The translations under genes were made by a program, and so were the position numbers. Shown in pieces: positions 49,209-58,891 of a stretch of 64,000 bases of DNA; the stretch's first letter is position 1; every line of letters starts with the position of its first letter. The stretch is from an uncultured cyanobacterium (lineage in GTDB: Bacteria > Cyanobacteriota > Cyanobacteriia > Cyanobacteriales > Nostocaceae), in the NCBI GenBank assembly GCA_963706595.1, contig OY970166.1, positions 3,424,001 to 3,488,000 of the forward strand. The letters run 5' to 3'. The notes under the pieces are model-generated. The model ran no database searches. It was given only the letters and a program-made list of their open reading frames with translations, and had not been told where the DNA came from.

Positions 49209-51425
49209 ATGAGTGCTGAGAAAACACCAGATGTCGGTGGCGGAATGCCTGTGATTAAATACTGGGCAGAAAAAACCATCTCTGCTGATGGTGTCCAGGT
49301 TTGGCAGAAGTTATTTCACAAAAGTGCTTGTCTTTCCTGCGCGTGGGGGACAGGTGGGCAAAAGGGCGGTTTTGTCAATGAAGATGGTGAAGTTTTACAA
49401 CGCTGCGCGAAAAGTGTAGAAGCGATCGCCTCGGAATTACAAGCCGCAACTACGTTTGAAAAGCAGTATAATCTAGAACAATTACAACAGTTAAATTCTC
49501 AGGCAGCGAATAATTTAGGCAGATTAAGTCATCCTTTAATTTTACGGGCTGGGAGTTCCCACTATGAGCGGATTTCCTGGGATGAAGTGTATGAAATTGC
49601 CGAGACAGCATTTCAAAAACCACCACAGAAATTAGCTTCTTACAGTTCCGGGAGATCATCGAATGAAGCGGCATTCTTGTTACAATTGATGATGCGATCG
49701 CTTGATTCCAATAACCTCGCCGACTGTTCAGACTTGTGTCATGCAGCTTCCACTGTCGGATTAAATCAAATGTTCGGTTCTGGGACTTCCACGGTAAGTT
49801 TAGAAAGTCTCAAACAAGCCGATTGTATAGTTTTAATAGGTTCAAACGCCCCCGCCAACCATCCCCGATTAATGAATGAATTAATCAAATTACGGGAAAG
49901 AGGCGGAAAAGTAATCATTGTTAACCCCACAGTAGAAGTTGGTTTAGTAAAATTCTCCTCCCCAGCCTATCCCATCAAATCTTTACTAGCTGGTGGTTCC
50001 GAAATCTCCTCACTGTACTTGCAACCAATACCCGGTAGTGATGTCGCTTTATTTGTCGGGATTCAAAAAGCATTAATAGCCGAAAATTTAATTAAACGAG
50101 ATTTTCTCCAAGCCTATACCGAAGACTGGGAAAACATTATTCAAAATGCCGAAGCTACCCCTTGGGAAAGCATCACTGCAACTTGTGGTATTTCCCAAGC
50201 CGAAATTATCGCCGCCGCCCGGATAATTGGTACATCGACAGGCGTAGTATTTGCTTGGGCGATGGGAGTCACGCAACAAGAAAACGGTGTTGATAACATT
50301 CATAGTATTGCCAATACTGCCCTGTTAACCGGAAATATTGGTAAACCCGGTGCAGGTACAATGCCGATTCGCGGACACTCAAACGTCCAAGGATTTGGCT
50401 CTATGGGTGTCACCATCAACTTAAAAAAGGAAATTCAGCAAGCTCTAGAAAAACTCCTACAACGTCCTCTGAGTCGCATTCCTGGCTATGATACCAGAGC
50501 ATTAATTACAGCTGCGGAGAAGGGAGAAGTTGACACATTGATTTGTTTGGGAGGAAATCTCTATGCAGCCAACCCAGATTTAAACCAAGCAAAACGCGCC
50601 TTGGGAAAAATTGCCACGATTTTTTATGTCGCCACTAAACCCAATCTCGGACATTTTCACGGTTTAGCCAAGCACAATACAATTATTCTGCCAGTATTTA
50701 CGCGCTTTGAGAATCCCCACAAAACCACCACCGAATCGGGTAATAATTTTGTCCGTCTCAATGATGAGGGAAAAACTCATTTAAAAACGGCTGATTTGAT
50801 TTCTGAAATCGAATTAATTACGCAAATTGCCCATAGAGTTTTAGGAGATACGCCGATAGATTGGCGTAGACTCCAAGATCCAAAATACATCCGCGAACTG
50901 ATTGCAAAGACGATTCCCGGTTACGAAAAAATTGCCGAAATTGATCAGACAGGCGAAGAATTTACAATTGCTGGTAGGATTTTAGATACACCCAAGTTTG
51001 CCACATCAACAGGTAAAGCTAAGATGTTTGTGACTGCTTTACCAAAGTTAAATTTACCAAATAAAACAGACTTTGGTTTTACAGAATCAACCCCAGGAAT
51101 TATCTTAATTTTGGGAACAGGTAGAAGTTATTCCCAGCACAATACAGTTGTTTATAAAGAGGGGGATTATTATCGAGGAATGCCTCACCGTAACTGTATT
51201 TTGATGAATCTTCAAGATATAGAAACAGCAGGTTTTAGCGAACATCAACGAGTGACGGTGCAAGGTGACGCAGGTACGTTAGAAAATGTAGAAATTATTT
51301 GCGGAGACATTCGCGCAGGTGCAGCAATGATGTTTTATCCTGAAGTCAACGTAATTTTTAAAGCCAAAATTGACCAGCGTTCTGGTACACCTGCTTATAA
51401 AAGAGTGCCTGTATTTGTTTATTAA
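49209..51425 (+). CDS. FdhF/YdeP family molybdopterin oxidoreductase
   Basis: CLSCAWG, SSGRSSNEAAF, DCSDLCH, PIRGHSNVQG, RSYSQHNT. Confidence 0.92.
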   Translation: MSAEKTPDVGGGMPVIKYWAEKTISADGVQVWQKLFHKSACLSCAWGTGGQKGGFVNEDGEVLQRCAKSVEAIASELQAATTFEKQYNLEQLQQLNSQAANNLGRLSHPLILRAGSSHYERISWDEVYEIAETAFQKPPQKLASYSSGRSSNEAAFLLQLMMRSLDSNNLADCSDLCHAASTVGLNQMFGSGTSTVSLESLKQADCIVLIGSNAPANHPRLMNELIKLRERGGKVIIVNPTVEVGLVKFSSPAYPIKSLLAGGSEISSLYLQPIPGSDVALFVGIQKALIAENLIKRDFLQAYTEDWENIIQNAEATPWESITATCGISQAEIIAAARIIGTSTGVVFAWAMGVTQQENGVDNIHSIANTALLTGNIGKPGAGTMPIRGHSNVQGFGSMGVTINLKKEIQQALEKLLQRPLSRIPGYDTRALITAAEKGEVDTLICLGGNLYAANPDLNQAKRALGKIATIFYVATKPNLGHFHGLAKHNTIILPVFTRFENPHKTTTESGNNFVRLNDEGKTHLKTADLISEIELITQIAHRVLGDTPIDWRRLQDPKYIRELIAKTIPGYEKIAEIDQTGEEFTIAGRILDTPKFATSTGKAKMFVTALPKLNLPNKTDFGFTESTPGIILILGTGRSYSQHNTVVYKEGDYYRGMPHRNCILMNLQDIETAGFSEHQRVTVQGDAGTLENVEIICGDIRAGAAMMFYPEVNVIFKAKIDQRSGTPAYKRVPVFVY

Positions 51426-51633
51426 AGAACAAGAAAGATCCCCGACTTCTTGTAGAAGTCGGGGATCTGAACCTCGCGCTGTTTACAGTGATGTGTTTTT
51501 TTATTAAGAATTAACGAACCGCAAAGGGCGCAAAGAGCGCTAAGAAAGAAGGAATGAAGAGAAAGAAAAAGGTTGAGTTCTAAATAATAGAATATTTGAA
51601 ATTTACTTGTGAAGCGGGGATATTACCTGCTAA

Positions 51634-54561
51634 TTATCTTAAACCCTGACAGATAAAAGCAGACCAGTAATGAGGAGCAGAAAAAGGAAATTGCTGGGTA
51701 GAGTTTTCGATTTCATTAATTCGTCTGTTAAATTTGGCATACATATTATATTCAGACTCCCATTGCTTATATTCCACGGAACCTGAAATATATTTTTTTC
51801 TATTTCTTATCAGTTCTTTTTCTCTTGGTTCTACTTGCTGAAATATTTGTTTGAGGTCTATTTTTGTAAGTTCGCGTAGCTGAATTTGGGCTTGTCTTAG
51901 TGCTTCAGTACGACTTTGACCTTGTTTTCGGTGCTGGTAGTAGAAAATGGCAAATATTGCTGTCGCTACATCATCTACTTTCCAAAGACTACTGATAACA
52001 CTTCTCGCACCAGCACACAAAAAACCTGTGGAGAGGGTAAGAATATCATCAGTTAAAGAAGGTGTACCTAAATTAGTTTCGCAGCAAGATAGAAACACTT
52101 CTACAAGTTGAGGTAATCGCCAACTTGGTGTCATCAATTGTCCCAAGGTGATGCTGCTACCATGCGCTAATGTTAACTGTGATTCTAAAGGATTATCGAG
52201 GCGAGATTGGGCATGGTGACAGGAATGAAGTCCTTGGACTTGTTGTGCTAACTTGCGATAATTCTTAGAAGTCGCTTGATTACTGCCGATTAATCTATTT
52301 TCTCGTGGAATATTATACATTTTGGCAATTTCTTCACCTTCAAATATGGAGCAGGGAAGGTCATCTTCTGCATCTTCCACGGTTCCATATTGTAGAGACA
52401 TTTGATTAGATGTCTCTATGGTTTTATGTGGTTGACAAAATTCTAAAATTTGGCAGCTTGGAGTGTAGCGAATCAGAAATTTATCTCCTAAATATTCCTG
52501 ATATTCTCCTGTAGGTAAAGCCGCGAAGGGAATCTGATGAAGTAACAGGTGAGGGACTAAAATTAATTCTTCTATTCCTTCAAGATGTTGGGATATAAGT
52601 TCAGCTATTTGCAAGCGTTCAGCTAGTTCGTGGAGAATACTGTGAATATCAGTTTCCCATTTTTGGGGTTCATTCATATAAGGCAATAACCAATTCTGGT
52701 TAATCCAGCCTTGCAATGTTTCTAGCCCTTGTCCTGTGCAAGTGTGGAGACTAATTTGGCTTTGCTGAACGACAAAAATATGGGTGTCGCTGTTGGTGGT
52801 ATAAAAACTGAGGATAGCTGTATTAGGTAGGTCAATTAGCTTCTGAATTTCTGACAAGCTGAGGGGGTTAACTTGAATTTCTCCAGCTAATACGGGATCT
52901 TCGCGTCTGAGATTTTCCCAAACTTGTTGTTTGTCTGTTTCTAAAGATGCGATCGCTTCATTATAAGCGTCCCAAGCAGCCCGTGTGTCACTACGTTTAT
53001 TTTCAGATTTATGGCGTTGGCGTTCTTCGTCAATTTGTCGTTGCAATTCTTCATACTGCTGCAATAACTCTTGGACTTTTGGAGGAATTTCGCCACCTTG
53101 GTAGAGGTCATTACTTGCCATTAAGTCTACCAGACGTTTGGAACGCGATCGCTCTGAATATTCAAAAGCTTTTTCTATTTGTCCAGCGTTGATGCAAGCT
53201 TGCACCATATTTTCGTAAATACCGATGGATTTTTCCAGGATTTCCTGACGACGATATTCAGATTTTGTCCAAGAACGACTAGTTTCTACAGCTTGAATAG
53301 CTAGTCCATATCCTGCGATAGCTTCTGACCATAATTCGGCATGAAAAGTCATATTGCCTAGATTATATGCAGAGTTGAGGGACATAAGTGGAAAAGCAGT
53401 ATGTGTGTATACTTTTAGTGCTGACTTAAACTTTTCTATTGCTTTATCAATTTGTCCTTTATCACGGTAGGCAGCACCTAAATTATTTTGTGTGGTTGCC
53501 CATTCTTCGGGAAAATCTTCTATGGTACGAACTTTCAAAGCTTGTTCATAATAGCGGATAGCTGATTCTATATTTTGTGGCTTATCGCCATCAATCCGAG
53601 TACAGTAAGCATTTCCCAAATTATTTTGAATTTTAGCCCAATATTGTGGAAATAAAGGTCTTGTAAATACTTGCAATGCTAATTCATACATTTTGATAGC
53701 TTCTTCAATATTATGCGCTCTATTAATACCAATTGTTTGGCAGTAGGCATTACCCAGATTTATATTTATTTCAGCCGATTTTTGAGTCAATTTGTGCTGA
53801 TTATATGTTTGTAAAGCATTTTGATAGCAAATAATCGCTGTTTCTAAATTTTCAGATTTATCGCCGTAACTAATTGCAAGATAAGCACTTCCTAAATTAC
53901 TTTGTGTATCTGCCCACCTTTCAGGGAATATTTCCCGTTTATAAACTTGCAAAGCATTTTGATAGCAAATAATCGCTGTTTCTAAATTAGAAAATTGTTC
54001 ACCATGAATTCTATCAAGATAGGCATTTCCTAAATTAATCTGTGTATCTGCCCACATTTCAGGCAATTTTTCATAGTTACGAACTAGCAAGGCATTTTTA
54101 TAACAAAGAATCGCTGTTTCCAAATTTTTATCTCGTTCTTCACGTAGCCTTTTACAGAATGCATTCCCTAAACTGTTTTGGGCAGTAGCCCATTCTTCTT
54201 TATATATTTTTTGGCTGAAAACACTTTCAACTATTTGGTAGCCAATAATAGCAATTTCTAAATTAATAGCTGGAACGCCCAAGGAAAAATCCTGAATAAC
54301 ATTGCTGAAGTTGACAATATCAACTGCAATTGCATATGCATTTTTTTCGTCTACTCTAGATAAGGTATCTAATGTCCAACTTCGCCATACTTGAATTAGC
54401 TGATCATCCAGTTTATTCAGGTTAGTTTGCAGTAATGAAGATATTGCCTGGGAGTTACCGTGGCTGTTGTGAGTTATCTGCAATACTTCAAGCAAAAAAT
54501 CAAGATAATACTTGCGGTTTTTTTTACCCTTTTTTAGTTCAGAGCCGAATCCTTTCGCCAT
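51634..54561 (-). CDS. TPR-repeat CHAT-domain (caspase/separase-like) protease
   Basis: 46-aa TPR units (WA.TQ.NLG.AY); CHAT motifs LHQIPFAAL, HSCHHA, LSCCET, SSLWKVDD, PHYWSAF. Confidence 0.92.
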   Translation of the reverse strand: MAKGFGSELKKGKKNRKYYLDFLLEVLQITHNSHGNSQAISSLLQTNLNKLDDQLIQVWRSWTLDTLSRVDEKNAYAIAVDIVNFSNVIQDFSLGVPAINLEIAIIGYQIVESVFSQKIYKEEWATAQNSLGNAFCKRLREERDKNLETAILCYKNALLVRNYEKLPEMWADTQINLGNAYLDRIHGEQFSNLETAIICYQNALQVYKREIFPERWADTQSNLGSAYLAISYGDKSENLETAIICYQNALQTYNQHKLTQKSAEININLGNAYCQTIGINRAHNIEEAIKMYELALQVFTRPLFPQYWAKIQNNLGNAYCTRIDGDKPQNIESAIRYYEQALKVRTIEDFPEEWATTQNNLGAAYRDKGQIDKAIEKFKSALKVYTHTAFPLMSLNSAYNLGNMTFHAELWSEAIAGYGLAIQAVETSRSWTKSEYRRQEILEKSIGIYENMVQACINAGQIEKAFEYSERSRSKRLVDLMASNDLYQGGEIPPKVQELLQQYEELQRQIDEERQRHKSENKRSDTRAAWDAYNEAIASLETDKQQVWENLRREDPVLAGEIQVNPLSLSEIQKLIDLPNTAILSFYTTNSDTHIFVVQQSQISLHTCTGQGLETLQGWINQNWLLPYMNEPQKWETDIHSILHELAERLQIAELISQHLEGIEELILVPHLLLHQIPFAALPTGEYQEYLGDKFLIRYTPSCQILEFCQPHKTIETSNQMSLQYGTVEDAEDDLPCSIFEGEEIAKMYNIPRENRLIGSNQATSKNYRKLAQQVQGLHSCHHAQSRLDNPLESQLTLAHGSSITLGQLMTPSWRLPQLVEVFLSCCETNLGTPSLTDDILTLSTGFLCAGARSVISSLWKVDDVATAIFAIFYYQHRKQGQSRTEALRQAQIQLRELTKIDLKQIFQQVEPREKELIRNRKKYISGSVEYKQWESEYNMYAKFNRRINEIENSTQQFPFSAPHYWSAFICQGLR

Positions 54562-54576
54562 TTATTTAGGTACTTT

Positions 54577-55308
54577 CTATTTATGATTATCAAAAACTTC
54601 TGCCAACTTCTCCACCAGTTCCTCTGCTAAATCCAATAACTCAATTTCATCAATTTCATCAACTTGATCAATAGTTCCGCGATTCCTTTCTCCAACTGCC
54701 ACATTACCAACTAAGATATTTTTTACATAAAAAATCCGGTCTTCTTCCTCCGAAAGACTCAGACATTTTTCCAACTCTACAGCAACTTCCTGGGTTGTCC
54801 TTGCACCTAAACGCGCTCTCACTTTCACCGCTACTAAATCGTCACTTTCCAGGAATTTTACCAAAGCTATTCTCAGTCCATCATCCTGCTTAGAAAACTT
54901 CTCAATTGCTGCACAAACATATTCCCGCACACTCATGTTTGCCGCCAATGCCTTTTGTCCAACTACATCTGGGACATCTACCAGTAATACACCTTCATTA
55001 TCGCTGGCTTGATATAATTCATCCTCTTTTTTCACAGCTACCAGCAAATCAGCACCCAACGCGTGTAAATAGTGCAACACTGATTCCAACTCATGTTCCT
55101 TTAACGCCGACTCCAATTTAGACACCGCCGCTTGCTGCACTCCTAGTTTTTCCGCTAGCTGCGCCTGAGTCAATCCTGCCTTATTACGTATTTCCCGCAT
55201 CGCATCTGTTAGATATAGACGCAGGTACTCTAACTTACCCGCCAAAATCACTTCTGGATCTTCGCTGACCTGTTGCTGTAACCAAGCTTGAAAATTAGGC
55301 TTTTTCAT
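54577..55308 (-). CDS. XRE/HigA-like HTH antitoxin with long C-terminal extension
   Basis: REIRNKAGLTQAQLAEKLGVQQAAVSKLES; start overlaps the toxin stop (TGATG). Confidence 0.85.
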   Translation of the reverse strand: MKKPNFQAWLQQQVSEDPEVILAGKLEYLRLYLTDAMREIRNKAGLTQAQLAEKLGVQQAAVSKLESALKEHELESVLHYLHALGADLLVAVKKEDELYQASDNEGVLLVDVPDVVGQKALAANMSVREYVCAAIEKFSKQDDGLRIALVKFLESDDLVAVKVRARLGARTTQEVAVELEKCLSLSEEEDRIFYVKNILVGNVAVGERNRGTIDQVDEIDEIELLDLAEELVEKLAEVFDNHK

Positions 55309-55712
55309 CACTGTTCCCTCTGCTGCAATTCACGCAATCTTACTCTTGCAGGTTCTTTGTCTCTATCTTTGATAGCGCCGTCGTATTTTTTCATAAAGGC
55401 GTGCAACACAATAAACTTCTGAGGAGTAGCAGCCGTTAAGATAAACCGGGGATTATGTTCACTCTTAGTCATACGTAACTCATACAGGTCATCTTCCAGC
55501 TTCTCAAAGATTCCACTGGTCAGTGATAACAGTCCTTTGTTGCACAGGTAGCCGAGATTAACTTGCAGACGCTTAGTTTCGGAAGCACTCAGTAATGGCT
55601 TTGGTGGATTCTCTGGTTGTTCCTCTGGCGGAATCATGCGAATGAAAAAAGCAAGTAAATCTTTGGGGATTTCCCCATCGATATCTTGATAAAGTTCCCA
55701 ATTCCAACTCAC
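55308..55712 (-). CDS. RelE/HigB-like (Gp49/DUF891) type II toxin
   Basis: KLEDDLYELR, PRFI, IVLHAFMKK; precedes an HTH gene. Confidence 0.85.
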   Translation of the reverse strand: MSWNWELYQDIDGEIPKDLLAFFIRMIPPEEQPENPPKPLLSASETKRLQVNLGYLCNKGLLSLTSGIFEKLEDDLYELRMTKSEHNPRFILTAATPQKFIVLHAFMKKYDGAIKDRDKEPARVRLRELQQREQ

Positions 55713-55724
55713 TTCCTACCTCAC

Positions 55725-55776
55725 AATATATTATTCCTTAGCAGGAATGTCAATATGTTTATTCTTTACAAGGAAT
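55725..55776 (-). promoter_or_regulatory. Sigma70 promoter with two palindromic operators for the toxin-antitoxin-CHAT operon
   Basis: TTGACA(55753-55748)-17 bp-TATATT(55730-55725); ATTCCT-N4-AGGAAT at 55733-55748 and ATTCTT-N4-AGGAAT at 55761-55776. Confidence 0.8.
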
Positions 55777-55825
55777 ATCATATAAAATAAGTGAGTGCAA
55801 CTAAGCTAATCAAAGATTTAGCCAT

Positions 55826-55860
55826 AAAAATGGCGCGTTAGGCAAAACCAAAACGCACCA
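55826..55860 (-). terminator. lysS terminator
   Basis: TGGTGCGTT...AACGCGCCA hairpin followed by TTTTT on the minus strand. Confidence 0.55.
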
Positions 55861-55883
55861 TGTTAGTTGTATATTTAAGTACC

Positions 55884-57569
55884 TTAACTCAATTGTTCAT
55901 GCTTAAATTTCCCTTTAATGGATTTGTTAAAGTATTGACCTTTAGACGGTGCATTGTCTAAGTCTTCCTTGACGCTAGGAGGTACTTTGAAATACTCGTA
56001 AACACTGCCACTATCAAATTCAATAGTCAGTGTTTGAGTTTGGGGATTATAGCTAAATTGCCTAATCACGCTGCCTTCTGGCTTGAGTAACGGAAAGGCG
56101 ATCGCATCCCGAATACTGGCACAATCAGTTAATAGCATCACTAACCGATCAATCCCAATCCCCAAACCACCTGTAGGCGGCATTCCGTATTCCAAAGCTG
56201 TGATAAAGTCCTCATCGACACCTTGGGCTTCTAAATCACCAGCAGCTTTCAGCGCCGCTTGGGCTTCTAAACGTTCTCTTTGATCTACTGGGTCTGTTAA
56301 CTCAGAGAAACTGTTAGCAGTCTCACGCCCCACGATAAATAATTCAAATCGTTCTACCAAACCCGGCTGAGAACGATGAGGTTTAGCTAAAGGTGAAATT
56401 TCTACAGGATAATCTGTGACAAAAGTCGGCTGAATTAAGTTTTCTTCTATCTTTTGTTCAAAAGCTGCATTCAAAAGTTTGCCAATTGTGGGGATATCTT
56501 CTATACCATGAAGCCCCGCATTTTTACTCGCCGCTTTCGCCTCTTCCAATGTCGAGAAAGAATTGAAATCCAAGCCTGTATATTCTTTAACTAAATCGTG
56601 CATCGTCACCCGTCGCCAAGGTGCTGATAAATCTATCGGTCTGCCTTGGTAGGTAATTTGTAGTGTGCCGAGTACCTCTTGGGCAACAGTGGTAATAATT
56701 CCCTCTGTCAGCGCCATCATATCGTTGTAATCAACGTAGGCTTGGTAAACCTCAATTGAGGTAAATTCGGGATTGTGGCGAGTTGATACGCCCTCATTCC
56801 GAAAAATTCGCCCTAATTCAAACACCTTTTCAAAACCACCGACAATCAACCGTTTTAAATGCAGTTCTGTAGCAATTCGTAGATACAACTGCATCTCTAA
56901 GGTGTTGTGGTAAGTCACAAACGGACGCGCATCAGCACCGCCAGCTTCACTTTGCAAAACAGGCGTTTCAATTTCCAGAAAATCCCGTTCTGTCAAATAG
57001 CGGCGAATCCCCGCAGTAATTTGGGCGCGACGGCGGAAGGTTTGCCGCACTTCGGGATTAACAATTAAATCAACATAGCGCTGACGGTAGCGTTTCGCCA
57101 CATCCGTTAAACCATGCCACTTGTCGGGTAGAGGCAACAGGGATTTTGTCAGGATGCTGTATTCTTTGACGTAAACAGATAATTCGCCCTTTTCAGTCCG
57201 TTTAATAGTGCCTTTGACTCCCAGAATATCACCTGCATCTGTAAGTTGTTTGAGGTGAGCGAAGGCATCAGCATCAGCCTCTCCCATGCATTCTTGGATA
57301 CGGCTTTTCTCTAAATAAAGTTGAATAGTGCCAGTTTCATCTTGCAGCGTGAAGAAAGCCAGTTTACCGAAAACACGACGCGCCATAATGCGCCCAGCAA
57401 CGGCAACATCTAGATCAACTTCTTCACCACTGGGTAAATCAGCAAATTTTGCTTGCAATTCGGCTGTGTGATGAGTAGACTCCCAACGATAGGCGTAAGG
57501 ATTAGATCCTAGCTGCTTGAGTTGGTTGACTTTTTCCAGCCTAGCGGCACGGATATCTTCTTCCGACAT
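55884..57569 (-). CDS. lysS: Class II lysine-tRNA ligase with C-terminal KTSC domain
   Basis: [35 protein letters not shown]; tail [21 protein letters not shown]...SKGQYFN. Confidence 0.97.
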   Translation of the reverse strand: MSEEDIRAARLEKVNQLKQLGSNPYAYRWESTHHTAELQAKFADLPSGEEVDLDVAVAGRIMARRVFGKLAFFTLQDETGTIQLYLEKSRIQECMGEADADAFAHLKQLTDAGDILGVKGTIKRTEKGELSVYVKEYSILTKSLLPLPDKWHGLTDVAKRYRQRYVDLIVNPEVRQTFRRRAQITAGIRRYLTERDFLEIETPVLQSEAGGADARPFVTYHNTLEMQLYLRIATELHLKRLIVGGFEKVFELGRIFRNEGVSTRHNPEFTSIEVYQAYVDYNDMMALTEGIITTVAQEVLGTLQITYQGRPIDLSAPWRRVTMHDLVKEYTGLDFNSFSTLEEAKAASKNAGLHGIEDIPTIGKLLNAAFEQKIEENLIQPTFVTDYPVEISPLAKPHRSQPGLVERFELFIVGRETANSFSELTDPVDQRERLEAQAALKAAGDLEAQGVDEDFITALEYGMPPTGGLGIGIDRLVMLLTDCASIRDAIAFPLLKPEGSVIRQFSYNPQTQTLTIEFDSGSVYEYFKVPPSVKEDLDNAPSKGQYFNKSIKGKFKHEQLS

Positions 57570-57634
57570 GGTAAGGGACTAAATAGGGCAACATATATTA
57601 TAGATGCTGCAAAAGTTGACAGTCATAGATATTT

Positions 57635-57975
57635 TTGACACTCTGCGGTCTGTTCGCGCAGCGTCTCCCCTTGGGAGAAGACGCGCAGATTCTCTAAGGC
57701 TTGGCTTAAAAGCGATAGTCAAATATCCCCCTAGACGCTCAAAACAACTACCAGTAGTATCCGGTATTGCAATTGCGCTTACTTGAGATTTTAATTAATG
57801 CTTTGGGAGTTCATCACTTACCAGTTCGGTACGCTCCATGTTTTCCCATTACTTGTTTATCCAGGGCTACAACTTGTGTAGGTACGAGATAAATCAGGGG
57901 TTACTCCTTACAAAACACTTCAAAACGTAGATGATTATTCCTACTCACAATCTTATATTATCATTTTTGACCCTT
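57635..57975 (-). mobile_element. Protein-less IS200/IS605 remnant (omegaRNA/right-end-like)
   Basis: Minus strand ends GAATCTGCGCGTCTT[25-bp insert]CAGACCGCAGAGTGTCAA, resembling the 3' end of the tnpB at 63125; left boundary approximate. Confidence 0.7.
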
Positions 57976-58025
57976 CTCTGCGAGACACTACTTAAATTCT
58001 GTATGGGATATATTCCATGAGACTT

Positions 58026-58454
58026 TCAATTTTGCCCTATTTGTAGCGAATTCCGAGATGAAATAGCCTGCATTTTCAGGTTAGTAAATTCCATGATCGC
58101 ATTTACCAGGTCTTTTTGTTCTGGTGGCAAGTTGAGTTTTTTTAAGCCCTGATTGATATCATCGCCAGAACGCATATTGTGAGACAGTTTGGTTCGCTGA
58201 GATGAATTCAATACTGCTCCGATTTCTCGGTTTCTTCTCTGACGTACAGCTTGGATTTGTTGCTGCTGTTGCGGTGTCAGGTTAGTATCCGAAAATAAGC
58301 TAGACCCAGTATTTGTGTTGTCAATTTGGGCAATCATGATACTAGGAGCAGAATGGATTTGAACTGGTGCAGCCAAGGCAATTCCCGGAATCAAAATCAC
58401 AAAGGTCAGAATACTAGCGAATACGGTTAGCCGTTTTATCAGGTGAATTGCCAT
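58026..58454 (-). CDS. Periplasmic Spy/CpxP-like protein
   Basis: Signal peptide; NLTPQQ, VLNSSQ and LNLPPEQ (LTxxQ-type) motifs. Confidence 0.7.
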   Translation of the reverse strand: MAIHLIKRLTVFASILTFVILIPGIALAAPVQIHSAPSIMIAQIDNTNTGSSLFSDTNLTPQQQQQIQAVRQRRNREIGAVLNSSQRTKLSHNMRSGDDINQGLKKLNLPPEQKDLVNAIMEFTNLKMQAISSRNSLQIGQN

Positions 58455-58891
58455 ATTTTGAAGTGCCTACATCGAATTTTCTGCTGAGATTATATTTCAG
58501 CAATTTTCCACTGTGTTAGTTAAGGGGACAGCAGTCCACCTAGAAAGTATTATCTAACGTCAGGGAATCTTGAAAGATAAATTATGCTACAGCCTCTGTC
58601 TATAGGTAAGGTGTTTACCCTACAAAAATGGTGGGAAAATATTTATTGAGTCATAAAATATACTAACGTTAGCGGGCAAGATGCCCGCTCTACAAGAAAT
58701 TTAAGTTTGGGATATTTTTTTATTTGTCAATCCCAAAAGCCTCTACATTGCCTATACCGCTATCTTATGCAGGTGAAAAGTTTAATCATCTGAAAAACAT
58801 CTAGTTTGCATTGAAATTTAGATGAAACTCTTGTGGGGTGGGCATCTTGCCCGCCCAGATTATGGAAGCTAAATGTGGAAAACCTGATCGC

